Below, piece by piece: positions 16,889-26,658 of a DNA stretch of 57,708 nt. The notes beneath the pieces were generated by a model. That model ran no database searches and had not been told where the DNA came from. It saw only the letters and a list, made by a program, of their open reading frames with translations. The DNA is taken from contig VGBK01000004.1 in assembly GCA_016870535.1 (NCBI GenBank), positions 1 to 57,708 of the forward strand, given 5' to 3'. The DNA comes from Actinomycetota bacterium (GTDB lineage: Bacteria > Actinomycetota > Acidimicrobiia > Spongiisociales > UBA11373). A program made the translations under genes and the position numbers. Position 1 is the first letter of the stretch. Each line of letters starts with the position of its first letter.

Positions 16889-18595
16889 TCAGCGCTCGGC
16901 GGCGACGGCGGCGGCCACCACCGCCGCTGCGGCCGCCGGAGGCGCCGTTTGAGTCTCCCGCCCCCGCCGCCGCACCACCTCGACCTCTCCCTGGGCCAGG
17001 CGGCGCGGCCCCACCGTGACCCGGTAGGGGATGCCGACCAATTCGGCGTCGGCGAACTTCACCCCCGGCCGCTCCTCGCGGTCGTCGAGGATCGCCTCGA
17101 CGCCGCGCTCCAGCAGACCCCGGTAGATGCCCTCGGCGGCGATGGTGGTGGCGTCGTCGGACCCCACCGGGGTGACCACCGCCTCGAAGGGGGCCACGCT
17201 CACCGGCCACACGATGCCCGCCTCGTCGTGGTGCGCCTCGACCACCGCGGCCATCTGGCGGCCCACCCCGATGCCGTAGGAGCCCATGACGATGGGGCGC
17301 TCCCGGCCCTCCTCGTCCAACACTCGCGCTCCCATCGCCTCGCTGTACTTGGTGCCCAGCTTGAAGATGTGCCCCACCTCGATGGCCTTGAACACCTCCA
17401 GGGGCTCCCCGCAGCCGGGGCAGCCTTCGCCCGGCTCGACCCGGCGCACGTCGAGCCAGCGGTCGACGGCGATGTCCCGGTCGACGGTGACCCCCCGCAG
17501 GTGCCAGTCGTCCCGATTGGCGCCGGTCACCATGTTGCCCCGGCCCCGCAGCGACGGGTCGGCGATCACCGGCAAGCCGGTCACCCCCACCGCGCCCAGG
17601 CTGCCGGGCAGCGCGCCCAGCGCCTCACCGATCTCGTCGGGGTGGCCGGGCCGGATGTCCTGCGTCCCCAAGCCGTCGATGAGCTTCTGCTCCACGACCT
17701 CGTGGTCGCCCCGCAGCAGCACCAGGGTGAGCCGGCCGTCGACCACATAGGCCATGGTCTTGATCTGCCGGCCGGCGGCGGCGAAGTCCCCGAAGGCCTC
17801 GAGGGCGGCGATGGTGCGCACCCCGGGCGTGGGGAACCGCTCGGGCGGTCCCTCCCACAGGGTGTCCTCCACCGAAGCCGGTGTCGAGGTGGCCCGCTCC
17901 AGATTGGCGGCGTAGCCGCACCCCCGGCAGACGGCGACGAAGTCCTCCCCTGCCTCGCTGGGCACCATGAATTCCACCGACTCCGAGCCTCCCATCACCC
18001 CGGAAGAGGCCTGCACCGCTATGGGCTCCAGGCCGGTGCGCCGGAAGATGCGCGTGTACGCCGCGAAGTGGTTGGCGAACTGGCGGTCGAGGCCGGCCGC
18101 ATCGAGGTCGAAGGAGTAGGAGTCCTTCATGGTGAACTCCCGGACCCGCAGCAGCCCGGCCTTGGGACGCGGCTCGTCGCGGAACTTGGTCTGCAAGTGG
18201 TACCAGAGCTGGGGCAGCTGGCGGTAGGAGGACAACTCGGCGGCGAGCAGAGCGAAGATCTCCTCGTGGGTGACGGCCAGGAGCAGGTCCACCCCGCGCC
18301 GGTCGCGGAACTTCACCATGATCTCGTCGACCGAGTCCCACCGCCCGCTCCGGCGCCACACCTCCCCGGGATGGACCACGGGCAGGAGGAACTCCTGGCC
18401 GCCGATGGACCCCATCTCCTCCCGGATGATCCTCTCCACCTTGGCCGCCACCCGGCGGCCCAGAGGCAGCAGCGAGTAGGAGCCGCTCATGAGTTGGCGA
18501 ATGAAGCCGCCGCGCACCAGCAGCCGGTGGCTGGCGGCGTCGGCATCGGCCGGGTCCTGCCGCAGAGTGGGGATGAAGGCCTGAGACCAGCGCAC
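16889..18595 (-). CDS. proS: Proline--tRNA ligase (bacterial type with INS editing domain)
   Basis: MRWSQAFIPTLRQDPADA, class II motifs and a length of 568 aa. Confidence 0.96.
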   Translation of the reverse strand: MRWSQAFIPTLRQDPADADAASHRLLVRGGFIRQLMSGSYSLLPLGRRVAAKVERIIREEMGSIGGQEFLLPVVHPGEVWRRSGRWDSVDEIMVKFRDRRGVDLLLAVTHEEIFALLAAELSSYRQLPQLWYHLQTKFRDEPRPKAGLLRVREFTMKDSYSFDLDAAGLDRQFANHFAAYTRIFRRTGLEPIAVQASSGVMGGSESVEFMVPSEAGEDFVAVCRGCGYAANLERATSTPASVEDTLWEGPPERFPTPGVRTIAALEAFGDFAAAGRQIKTMAYVVDGRLTLVLLRGDHEVVEQKLIDGLGTQDIRPGHPDEIGEALGALPGSLGAVGVTGLPVIADPSLRGRGNMVTGANRDDWHLRGVTVDRDIAVDRWLDVRRVEPGEGCPGCGEPLEVFKAIEVGHIFKLGTKYSEAMGARVLDEEGRERPIVMGSYGIGVGRQMAAVVEAHHDEAGIVWPVSVAPFEAVVTPVGSDDATTIAAEGIYRGLLERGVEAILDDREERPGVKFADAELVGIPYRVTVGPRRLAQGEVEVVRRRGRETQTAPPAAAAAVVAAAVAAER

Positions 18596-18640
18596 GGGGC
18601 ACCTCGGCGTGAATCGGCGGCGGAGGATAGCCGCAACCGC

Positions 18641-19756
18641 TCAGCGGCCCGGCGGACCGCCGCCCGGTACGGAAGGGGCCTCGCCGCGGGAGGCGGCGGT
18701 GAGGCGGCGGCCCTCTTCGACCAGGGCCTCCACCATCTCGGCCTCGGGCACCACCCGCACCACCTTCCCCTCGACGAACAGATGGCCTTTGCCCTTGCCG
18801 GCGGCGATGCCCAGGTCGGCCTGCCGGGCTTCCCCGGGCCCGTTCACCACGCATCCCATGACCGCCACCTGCAGGTTGAGGCCCTCCGCCTGCAGGCGCC
18901 GCTCCACCTCGCGGGCCACGGCGATGACGTCGACCTCGGCTCGCCCGCAGGAAGGGCAAGCGATCAGGTCCAGGCCCCGGCGTTCCCGCAGGCCGAGCAC
19001 TTCGAGAAGACGCCGCCCCGCCTCGGCTTCCTCCACCGGGTCGGCGGTGAGGGAGAAGCGGATGGTGTCGCCGATGCCCTCCAGCAGCAGGGCGGCCACC
19101 CCGGCAACCGACTTGATGAGACCCGACGGCGGCGGCCCGGCCTCGGTGACCCCGAGGTGGAGGGGATGGTCGGTGCGCTCCGCCAGGAGGCGGTAAGCCG
19201 CCACCATCGAAGGCACGTGGGAGTGCTTCACCGAGATCTTCACGTTCTGGCACCCGGCCTCCTCCAGGAGGCGCACCTCGTGGAGGGCCGACTCCACCAG
19301 GGCCTCCGGCACCGGACCCCCGTAACGCGCCAGGAGGTCGGGCTCCAGGGAGCCGGCGTTGACCCCCACCCGAATGGGTACGCCGCGGGCGGCGGCCGCC
19401 GCTGCGACTCGGCGAATGTGCTCCGCGTTGCGGATGTTGCCCGGGTTCAGGCGCAGCCCCGCCACCCCGGCCTCGAGGGCGGCCAGCGCCAGTCGGTGCT
19501 GAAAGTGGACATCGGCCACGATGGGGACCGGTGAGCGCGACACGATCTCGATCAGCGCGGCCGCCGCCGGAGCGTCGTTGCAGGTGACCCGCACGATGTC
19601 GGCCCCGGCGCTGCGCAGGGCGTACACCTGGGCCACCGTGGCCTCCACATCGGAGGTGCGGGTGGTGGTCATCGACTGCACGGTGACCGGCGCCCCATCC
19701 CCCACGGGCACCCCGCCCAGGGAGATGCGCCGGGTGCGGCGCCGGGAGAAGGTCAT
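18641..19756 (-). CDS. ispG: 4-hydroxy-3-methylbut-2-en-1-yl diphosphate synthase
   Basis: VQSMTTTRT, CPSCGR and GCVVNGPGE motifs. Trimmed from track ORF 18641..20863 to the ATG at 19756. Confidence 0.95.
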   Translation of the reverse strand: MTFSRRRTRRISLGGVPVGDGAPVTVQSMTTTRTSDVEATVAQVYALRSAGADIVRVTCNDAPAAAALIEIVSRSPVPIVADVHFQHRLALAALEAGVAGLRLNPGNIRNAEHIRRVAAAAAARGVPIRVGVNAGSLEPDLLARYGGPVPEALVESALHEVRLLEEAGCQNVKISVKHSHVPSMVAAYRLLAERTDHPLHLGVTEAGPPPSGLIKSVAGVAALLLEGIGDTIRFSLTADPVEEAEAGRRLLEVLGLRERRGLDLIACPSCGRAEVDVIAVAREVERRLQAEGLNLQVAVMGCVVNGPGEARQADLGIAAGKGKGHLFVEGKVVRVVPEAEMVEALVEEGRRLTAASRGEAPSVPGGGPPGR

Positions 19757-20853
19757 CCGAGCCTGAAGGGATGGGCGATGTCGAGGTACACGGCGAGCAG
19801 GCCGATCACCACCAGGAAGGCGATCACCGTCGCCGCCACCGGCACCAGGCGACGCACGTCGGCGGGGCGTCCGCGCAGCTTTTCGTAGAGGGCCACGGCG
19901 AAGTGCCCCCCATCCAGGGGATACAGAGGAATGGCGTTGAGCAGGCCCACGAAGACCGCCACGTAGGCCACCAGCTGCACGGCGTACGACACCCCCAAGT
20001 CGCCGGCGATCCCCACCAGCCCGATGGGGCTCACCGGGCGGTTGTCCCCTACCTGGTCGGCATCGCCCCCCACTACCGCGGCCACCAGCCGCGGGACCCC
20101 GGTCACCAGATCCCAGAGCCCTCTCCCGCTGGCCACCACGGCGTTGCCCAGGGAGCTGCCGGCCTCGCCCAGGCCCGCCACCGGCCCGGCCCGCGCCGTT
20201 CGGGTCCCGGGGGCGATCCCCAGGTAGCCGCGCTCGCCGCCGGCGCCGTCGTCCACCGCGGCGAGGGTGATCTCTATGCTGAAGGCGCGCCCTTCGCGCT
20301 CCACCCCAAGGGACACCGTCTGCCCCGGCCGTTCGACGATGGCCTCCACCAAGTCGCCCCACTCCGGGGTGGGTGTGCCGGCCAGGGAGATCACCGTGTC
20401 CCCGGCGAGGAGGCCGGCCACCGCCGCCGGCGTGGGTGATCCGTCGTCCATGGCGGCCTGGACGTCGGCCACGGTGGTGGTGCGCACCGGCATGCCGATG
20501 CCGGAGGCGGCCAGGTAGAAGAGCAGGAAGGCCAGAGGGAAATGGGTCGCCGAACCGGCCAGCACCACCAGCGACTTGGCCCAGAAGGGCTTGTCCCGGT
20601 AAGTGCGGCCTTCGTCCTCCGGCGCCACCTCCTCCATGGGGTTCATCCCGGTGATCCGCACATAGCCCCCGAGAGGCAAGGCCTTGACGCCGTACTCCGT
20701 CTCGCCGCGGCGGGTGGACCACAGCCGGGGACCAAAGCCGAAGAAGAACTCCGTGGCCTTCATCCCCACGGCGCGCGCCGCGAAGAAGTGGCCCGCCTCG
20801 TGCACCATCACGATGACGATGATCCCGAGGACCACCAGGAATCCGCCGCTCAT
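19753..20853 (-). CDS. rseP: M50 site-2 protease (RseP/Rip1-like) with PDZ domain
   Basis: HEAGHFF zinc motif, and a later NxxPxxxLDGG motif (NAIPLYPLDGGH). ATG at 20853, with an alternative TTG at 20898. ATGA overlap with ispG. Confidence 0.9.
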   Translation of the reverse strand: MSGGFLVVLGIIVIVMVHEAGHFFAARAVGMKATEFFFGFGPRLWSTRRGETEYGVKALPLGGYVRITGMNPMEEVAPEDEGRTYRDKPFWAKSLVVLAGSATHFPLAFLLFYLAASGIGMPVRTTTVADVQAAMDDGSPTPAAVAGLLAGDTVISLAGTPTPEWGDLVEAIVERPGQTVSLGVEREGRAFSIEITLAAVDDGAGGERGYLGIAPGTRTARAGPVAGLGEAGSSLGNAVVASGRGLWDLVTGVPRLVAAVVGGDADQVGDNRPVSPIGLVGIAGDLGVSYAVQLVAYVAVFVGLLNAIPLYPLDGGHFAVALYEKLRGRPADVRRLVPVAATVIAFLVVIGLLAVYLDIAHPFRLG

Positions 20854-20901
20854 CCGCTGCCACTCCGCACTCGGGAGCCCCAAGTTACCCGGCAGCAACG
20901 T

Positions 20902-22077
20902 CTAGCCGCAGCTACCGACCGCCTCCCGGGCCGCCGCCCGGGCCTCGGCGTCGACCGCCAGCACCTCGGCGACGCTCCCTAGATGACGCCGGGGGATGGC
21001 CTCCAGCACCCGCTCGACGACCCCGGGGATGCGGGTGAAGCCGATGCGCCCTTCCAGGAACGCCCCGACGGCCACCTCGTCGGCGGCATTGAGCACGGCG
21101 GGAGCCGACCCCCCGGCCCGGCCTGCCTCGTACCCGAGACGCAGGCAAGGGAAGGCAACCGGGTCGGGCGCCTCGAAGGTGAGGCTGCGGCCGGCCAGGT
21201 CCAGGAGCGGGGCCATCCCGGGCGCGCGGCGGGGGAAGGTCAGGGCGTACTGGATGGGGATCCTCATGTCGGGAGGCCCGAGTTGTGCCTTCAGGGAACC
21301 GTCGACGAACTCCACCAGGCTGTGCACCACGCTCTGCGGGTGGATCAGCACCTCGATGCGCTCGTAGGGCAGGCCGAACAAGAGGTGGGCCTCGATGACC
21401 TCGAAGGCCTTGTTCATCAGCGTGGCGGAGTCGACGGTGATGCGGCGGCCCATGCGCCAGGTGGGATGAGCCAGCGCCTCGGCCACCGTCACCCGCTCCA
21501 GGTCGGCTCGGGCCCGCCCCAGGAAAGGGCCCCCGGAAGCCGACAGCACGATCCGGCGCACGAAGGCGATATCCTCGCCCGCCAGGCACTGCAGCAGGGC
21601 AGAATGCTCCGAATCCACCGGAAGCAGTTCCCCCCCGCCCCGGCGCCGGGCTGCCTCCACCACCGGCCCGCCCGCCACCAGGCTCTCCTTGTTGGCCAGG
21701 GCGAGACGGTTCCCTGCGTCGAGGGCAGCCACCGAGGCGGCCAGCCCGGCGGACCCCACCACCCCGTTGAGCACCACGCACCCCGGGGTGCCGGCCAATT
21801 CGATCACCCCCTCCGCACCGAAGCAAACCCGCCTGCCCAGTTCCGCGACGAAGCGCTCCCTCTCCTCTCCGGTGGGGGCGGCCACCGCCACCGTCGCGCC
21901 GGGGTGGGCGGTCCCGAGGCGCAGCAGGGAGGCGGAGCCCCGGGCGGCCGCCAGACCCCGCACCTCCATCCCCAGGCCGGCGGCCACCTCGAGCGCCTGC
22001 CGCCCGATGGAGCCGGTGGCCCCGAGGACGATCAGCGGCCTCAGCGCAGCAGCCCCATCGTCTCGAAGAGCACCCAC
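20902..22077 (-). CDS. dxr: 1-deoxy-D-xylulose 5-phosphate reductoisomerase
   Basis: LGATGSIG, LANKESLV and a conserved C-terminal domain. The GTG at 22077 overlaps the cdsA 3' end by 37 nt, and no downstream ATG/GTG precedes the GATGSIG motif. Confidence 0.93.
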   Translation of the reverse strand: MGALRDDGAAALRPLIVLGATGSIGRQALEVAAGLGMEVRGLAAARGSASLLRLGTAHPGATVAVAAPTGEERERFVAELGRRVCFGAEGVIELAGTPGCVVLNGVVGSAGLAASVAALDAGNRLALANKESLVAGGPVVEAARRRGGGELLPVDSEHSALLQCLAGEDIAFVRRIVLSASGGPFLGRARADLERVTVAEALAHPTWRMGRRITVDSATLMNKAFEVIEAHLLFGLPYERIEVLIHPQSVVHSLVEFVDGSLKAQLGPPDMRIPIQYALTFPRRAPGMAPLLDLAGRSLTFEAPDPVAFPCLRLGYEAGRAGGSAPAVLNAADEVAVGAFLEGRIGFTRIPGVVERVLEAIPRRHLGSVAEVLAVDAEARAAAREAVGSCG

Positions 22078-25000
22078 GCCGCGGGCAAGACGAACAGGAA
22101 GGCGTCGATGCGGTCGAGGATGCCGCCGTGACCCGGGAGGATCGACCCCATGTCTTTGATCCCCAGGCTGCGCTTCACCATCGACTCGGCCAGGTCGCCC
22201 AGCGGCGCCATCACCGCCACCACGAGCCCCAGAATGGCCCCGGCCCGCACGCCCACCTCGTCGAAGAGGTAGCCGGCCGCCACCGCGGCGCCTATGCCCA
22301 GGATCACTCCCCCGGCCAGTCCCTCCCAGGTCTTCTTGGGCGAGAGCACCGGGGCCATGGGCCGCGCCCCCCAGGCCCGGCCGGCGAAGAAGGCGCCCAC
22401 GTCGGCGGCGATCACGGTGAAGGCGACGGCCAGAACCAGCACGCGGAACTGGGGTGAGGCGGCAATTAGGAAGGCAAACCCTGCCGTCCCCGTGACCCAG
22501 AGCATGCCCAGGATGGTGAGCCCCCCATTGGTCAGCGCATCACGGCGCCGGGGCGCGAAGGCGTAGTAGAAGAACGACAGCACCGTGACCGCCACTACCG
22601 CGGTGGGGATGGCCACCGGGCCGTAGAACCACATCCCCACCAGCAGGCCTACGCCCCCCGGAAAGCCGAACAGGGCCAGGGGCTGGTATCCGCTGCGCCG
22701 CAGCGCGCCGTAGAACTCGCCGAGGCCGAGCACGGCCAGCAGCCCCACGAATCCGGCGAAGAACTCACCCCCCACCCAGAGGGAGCCGAGCAGCAGGGCG
22801 GCCAGCACCATTCCGGTCGCCACCCGCACCGGCAGATCGGAGCGGGGCCGCGCCGCCACCTCCTCGTCCGCTCCGAGGTGGGCCACATCTTCGAACCCGA
22901 CCACGCCGGACTCCAGCCCGAGCATGGGTGCGGCCAGGGCCTGCAACTCGGTCTCGCCGGTATCGGCTGCGGCCACCTCCTCGGCCAGGCCGCGGTGCTC
23001 CATGGTCACCGCCCCCGCCAGGGTCTCCTCGCTGATTGGACCCGGGCCGGAGGGCGGCCTCTCGAAGTCGAAGACCGGAGGGGGCATCTCCCGGGTGCGC
23101 CCGGTGACACCGGCGCCCTCCCCAGGAGCGGCAGCGTCGGCCACCGGAAGAACCGGCCCATATCGAGGGGGATCCTCCGGCGCCCGCCCCGCCGACGGCC
23201 GGGGCGGCGGCATCCCCGGCTCGGGGAAGGCCTCCCACCCCGCCGCCTCCAACTCCCCGGCCCCCAACCCGCCGGACCCGGCCCCGGCAGCCTCCTCCGT
23301 CTCGTCCCTCAACTCCGCCAGGGGCTCCCCGGGCTCCGGGAAGGGCACCCAACCCGCCTGGCGGAAGCCCTCTTCCTCCCAGTCGTCCTCGTCCCCCTCC
23401 TCGTCCTCCTGTTGCCCCTCAGCCCGATCCCCCTCCCCGGAGACCTTCGCGGCGCCGCCCTCTTCTCCCCACGCCGGCATCGCCGGCGGCAGCTCCGGCG
23501 GCCGGGCAGCGGCCGCGCTCCCCGACGGCTCTCCGTCGGGAACGCCCGGCCATCCCGGCTCTTCTGCCCACTCCTCCTCCCAATCCTCCTCGGGGAGAGT
23601 GACGGGCGGGACCGCAACCTCATCCTCGTCGATCTCGGCGTACCACCCGGCCGCCGGGGGCTCTGCCTCGCCGGACCACTCGGCTTCGCCCCACTGGCCT
23701 CCGTCTTCTTCCTCCCCCGGGGCCGCCTCGCCTGCACCCGCGGGTACCGGGAAACCCTCCGCCACCCCCGTTGCGCCCTCCGATCCGCCCGCCTGCCAGG
23801 CATCCCAGGCGGCTTCGGTGGCGATCGCGTCGTCGGCCCCGGCGTCCGGTCCCGGCTGCGGCAGGAGTTCCTCCACCGCCGGGGGCAGCCACGGCGGCGG
23901 CCGCGCCGCCTCCTCCTCATCGGCCACCCCGGCCTGTGCCGGCTCCACCTCGCGGCGGCGGCCCAGCCAGCCGCGCCGACGCGGCTTCATGGGAGATGCT
24001 GTCGGCACGGCTTCCGCCTCCGGTGCTGCCGCGGTCGCCGCAGGCTCCGCCGCCGGTGCTGCCGGGGTCGCCGCGGGTTCCGCCGCCGGGGGCAGCGCCG
24101 ACCCGGCCGCAGGTGAGGCTGGGGCCGGCGCTCCCTCCACGAAGGCCAGCCACTCATCCACCTCGGCCTCTACCTCGGCCTCAACCTCAGCCCCCACCTC
24201 AGGCTCCACCTCAGGCTCCACCTCAGCCCCCACCTCAGCCCCCGCCGCCTCGAGGTCTTCGCCGGCCTCGGGCAGGGCCGAGTCCGGGGAGCCGGGCACC
24301 GGCCCGGTGGGCGTCGCCGGCGCCGGGGGCTCCCAGGCCGCCAGCACCAGTCCCGAAGCATCTGGGCCGGCGGGGGCACCGTCGTCGGAGGCGGTCTCCT
24401 CCGGCCACGACTCCGACGCGACGCCTCCCTCCCGGGCTCCGGTGGCCTCCTCGCTGCCCGGCCGCCCCCATTCGCCGGGCTCCCCCGTCGGCTCGACATC
24501 GGCGAGGGCAGGAACCCAAGGCAGCGTGGGCAGATCCTCCTGCACCGGACCCGCCTCGCCGGGTTCGATGACCTCCACCTCCGGCGCTTCGCCCAGCTCG
24601 GCCAGCAGGGCAGAGGCCGCCTGCTCGAGATCCGCTACCGCCGTCGAGAGACCGGGCCCCGCATCCTCTTCCGGGAGCTCCTCGGGCGCCTCACCACCCT
24701 CGCCGGTCTGAACCGGGGGCAGGGGCGGGCCCATCGCCGACTCGCCCGGCACGGCCGGGAGAGGCGGTGGCGCCGCCGTCGCGCTCAACAGATCCAGCGG
24801 GATCAGTGCGGCTGCCGCCGGGGCCGCCTTCGGCTCCTCGCCGCCCTCCCCGGGCTCCTCGCCGCCCTCCCCGGGCGGCGCCGCGGTCGAGGGACCCGCG
24901 GAGAGATCCGCGGAGACCAGAGACGCCGGAGGCGCCGCCGCCGGGGCCGCCGCCTCCCACCACGGGAAGACCGGGGCGGCCGGCGCCGCCTCCTCCTCTG

Positions 25001-25388
25001 CATCGGGCTCGTCAACCCACTCGACGGTCCGGAGCGCCGCCTCCGGATCGAGAGGCTCCTCCCTCTGCCCCTCCTCCGCCTCGAGTCCGGCTGCCCACCA
25101 GCCGGCAGGCTCCGCCTCGTCCGAGGGGAGAGGCACGGTCTCTCCTCCCCCCCCCGGTTCCGCCACCCCTTCGCTCCCTGAGCCGCCCCGACGCGCCCCG
25201 CGTCCGAAGCGACGCCGGCGCGAGGAGCGCCCCGGAGTCTCCTCCGGACCGACCGGCGTGGCGGCGTCCTCCGCCTCGCCGGAGGCTTCGGAGGACCATC
25301 CGGGATGCCAAGGATCACCCGGATGAGGGTGGAACTCCTCGTCGTCTCCTCTGCGGCTCACCGTTCCTCCTCGCCGCCCCGCCCGCAC
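22041..25388 (-). CDS. cdsA: Phosphatidate cytidylyltransferase (CdsA) fused in frame to an ~820-aa acidic low-complexity N-terminal region
   Basis: The C-terminal ~290 aa is canonical CdsA (multi-TM, SxxKRxxGxKDxGxxxPGHGGxxDRxD = SMVKRSLGIKDMGSILPGHGGILDRID). The ORF stays open upstream to a GTG at 25388, which directly abuts the frr stop. A canonical-length start would be the ATG at 22925. Confidence 0.8.
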   Translation of the reverse strand: MRAGRRGGTVSRRGDDEEFHPHPGDPWHPGWSSEASGEAEDAATPVGPEETPGRSSRRRRFGRGARRGGSGSEGVAEPGGGGETVPLPSDEAEPAGWWAAGLEAEEGQREEPLDPEAALRTVEWVDEPDAEEEAAPAAPVFPWWEAAAPAAAPPASLVSADLSAGPSTAAPPGEGGEEPGEGGEEPKAAPAAAALIPLDLLSATAAPPPLPAVPGESAMGPPLPPVQTGEGGEAPEELPEEDAGPGLSTAVADLEQAASALLAELGEAPEVEVIEPGEAGPVQEDLPTLPWVPALADVEPTGEPGEWGRPGSEEATGAREGGVASESWPEETASDDGAPAGPDASGLVLAAWEPPAPATPTGPVPGSPDSALPEAGEDLEAAGAEVGAEVEPEVEPEVGAEVEAEVEAEVDEWLAFVEGAPAPASPAAGSALPPAAEPAATPAAPAAEPAATAAAPEAEAVPTASPMKPRRRGWLGRRREVEPAQAGVADEEEAARPPPWLPPAVEELLPQPGPDAGADDAIATEAAWDAWQAGGSEGATGVAEGFPVPAGAGEAAPGEEEDGGQWGEAEWSGEAEPPAAGWYAEIDEDEVAVPPVTLPEEDWEEEWAEEPGWPGVPDGEPSGSAAAARPPELPPAMPAWGEEGGAAKVSGEGDRAEGQQEDEEGDEDDWEEEGFRQAGWVPFPEPGEPLAELRDETEEAAGAGSGGLGAGELEAAGWEAFPEPGMPPPRPSAGRAPEDPPRYGPVLPVADAAAPGEGAGVTGRTREMPPPVFDFERPPSGPGPISEETLAGAVTMEHRGLAEEVAAADTGETELQALAAPMLGLESGVVGFEDVAHLGADEEVAARPRSDLPVRVATGMVLAALLLGSLWVGGEFFAGFVGLLAVLGLGEFYGALRRSGYQPLALFGFPGGVGLLVGMWFYGPVAIPTAVVAVTVLSFFYYAFAPRRRDALTNGGLTILGMLWVTGTAGFAFLIAASPQFRVLVLAVAFTVIAADVGAFFAGRAWGARPMAPVLSPKKTWEGLAGGVILGIGAAVAAGYLFDEVGVRAGAILGLVVAVMAPLGDLAESMVKRSLGIKDMGSILPGHGGILDRIDAFLFVLPAAWVLFETMGLLR
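24010..24090 (-). repeat. ~2.4 x 33-nt in-frame tandem repeat
   Basis: GCTTCCGCCTCCGGTGCTGCCGCGGTCGCCGCA followed by GGCTCCGCCGCCGGTGCTGCCGGGGTCGCCGCG and a partial third copy. Encodes the AAEPAAT(P/A)AAP repeat. Confidence 0.85.
24159..24242 (-). repeat. 7 x 12-nt in-frame tandem repeat (xACCTCrGCyCC)
   Basis: Units CACCTCGGCCTC, TACCTCGGCCTC, AACCTCAGCCCC, CACCTCAGGCTC x2 and CACCTCAGCCCC x2. On the minus strand they encode GAEVGAEVEPEVEPEVGAEVEAEVEAEV. Confidence 0.9.
24832..24873 (-). repeat. Perfect 2 x 21-nt tandem repeat
   Basis: GGCTCCTCGCCGCCCTCCCCG occurs twice. Encodes GEGGEEP GEGGEEP. Confidence 0.9.
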
Positions 25389-25940
25389 CTAGACCTCGAG
25401 GAGCTCGGCTTCCTTGCGAGCGAGCACCTCGTCGATCCGAGCCACGTGGCGGTCGGTGATGTCCTGCAGTTCCTTCTCGGCCCGCCTGATGTCGTCGTCG
25501 GAAACCTGGCCCTCCAGGGACTCCAGGGCCACCTTCGTGTGGCGCCGCACGTTGCGTGCCGCCACCCGGGCCTCCTCGGCCATGTGACGCACCAGTCGGA
25601 TGAGCTCGCGCCGGCGCTCCTCGGTCAGCGGCGGGAAGGCCAGGCGGATGACGGTGCCGTCGTTGCTGGGGTTCAGTCCCAGCTCGGAGGCGAGAATGGC
25701 GCGCTCGATGGCCCCGATAGTGGAGCGGTCGTAGGGATGCACCAGCAGCAGCCGCGCCTCGGGGACCGAAAGGGAGGCCAGTTGCTGCAGCGGGGTAGGG
25801 CTCCCGTAGTAGTCCACCGTGATCCGATGCATGATCGCCGGATTGGCCCGGCCGGTGCGGACCGTGGCGAAGTCGGCCTGCAGGTGGGTGACCGCCTGGT
25901 CCATCTTGGCCTCCCCCTCCAAGAGGGTCTCCTCGATCAC
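25389..25940 (-). CDS. frr: Ribosome recycling factor
   Basis: 183 aa. The pattern MIEETLLEGEAKMDQAVTHLQADFATVRTGRANPAIM is typical of RRF. Confidence 0.97.
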   Translation of the reverse strand: MIEETLLEGEAKMDQAVTHLQADFATVRTGRANPAIMHRITVDYYGSPTPLQQLASLSVPEARLLLVHPYDRSTIGAIERAILASELGLNPSNDGTVIRLAFPPLTEERRRELIRLVRHMAEEARVAARNVRRHTKVALESLEGQVSDDDIRRAEKELQDITDRHVARIDEVLARKEAELLEV

Positions 25941-25953
25941 CGGCTCCTCCTCA

Positions 25954-26658
25954 TCAGTGGACCAGGGTCCCCACCGGCTCCCCCCGCACGGCGCGAGCCA
26001 CGTTGCCGGGAACGGAGATGTTGAAGACCCTGATGGGCAGGTTGTTCTCCAGGCACATCGTAATGGCGGTGGCGTCCATCACCCGGAGTTGTCGCTCCAA
26101 GACCTCGCGGTAGCGCAGTTCGGTGAAGAAGCGGGCGCCGGGGTTCAGGACCGGGTCTTCCTCGTAGACCCCGTCCACCTTGGTGGCTTTGAGCACGGCC
26201 TCGGCGCCGATTTCGGCGGCGCGGAGGGCGGCCGCGGTGTCCGTGGTGAAGAAGGGGTTGCCGGTGCCGGCGGCGAAGATCACCACCCTCCCCTTCTCCA
26301 GATGCCGGATGGCCCGCAGCCTGATGTAGGGCTCGGCCACCTCCTCGATGCGGAGGGCGGTCTGCACCCGTGCCCGGCATCCTTCCCCTTCCACCGCCTC
26401 CCGCAGCGCCATGGCGTTGAGCACCGTGGCCAGCATGCCCATGTAGTCGGCGTTGGCCCGGTCCATCCCCGCCGCCGCCGACGAAAGCCCGCGGAAGATG
26501 TTCCCGGCCCCGACCACCACCGCGATCTGATGGCCCTCGGCCTGGCCGACGGCGATCTCCCCGGCCAGGCGCCTGACCGTGCCGGGATCGATGCCGTACT
26601 GCAGGGCGGGATCGGCGAAGGCCTCCCCGGAGAGCTTCAGGACGACGCGACGGCCCAT
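25954..26658 (-). CDS. pyrH: UMP kinase
   Basis: [21 protein letters not shown] and [15 protein letters not shown]. Confidence 0.97.
   Translation of the reverse strand: MGRRVVLKLSGEAFADPALQYGIDPGTVRRLAGEIAVGQAEGHQIAVVVGAGNIFRGLSSAAAGMDRANADYMGMLATVLNAMALREAVEGEGCRARVQTALRIEEVAEPYIRLRAIRHLEKGRVVIFAAGTGNPFFTTDTAAALRAAEIGAEAVLKATKVDGVYEEDPVLNPGARFFTELRYREVLERQLRVMDATAITMCLENNLPIRVFNISVPGNVARAVRGEPVGTLVH

Noticed and set aside
22924-24711. 595-aa Ser/Ala/Gly/Pro-rich plus-strand ORF antisense to the cdsA extension
   Set aside because: It is the mirror image of the Glu/Ala/Pro-rich minus-strand frame. It has no start context and runs against the operon. The acidic frame is contiguous with CdsA and is the more parsimonious coding frame.
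24010-24873. Short tandem DNA repeats considered as a CRISPR array or minisatellite
   Set aside because: The units are 12-33 nt, directly abutting with no spacers. They are in frame within an ORF and encode peptide repeats. There are no cas genes.
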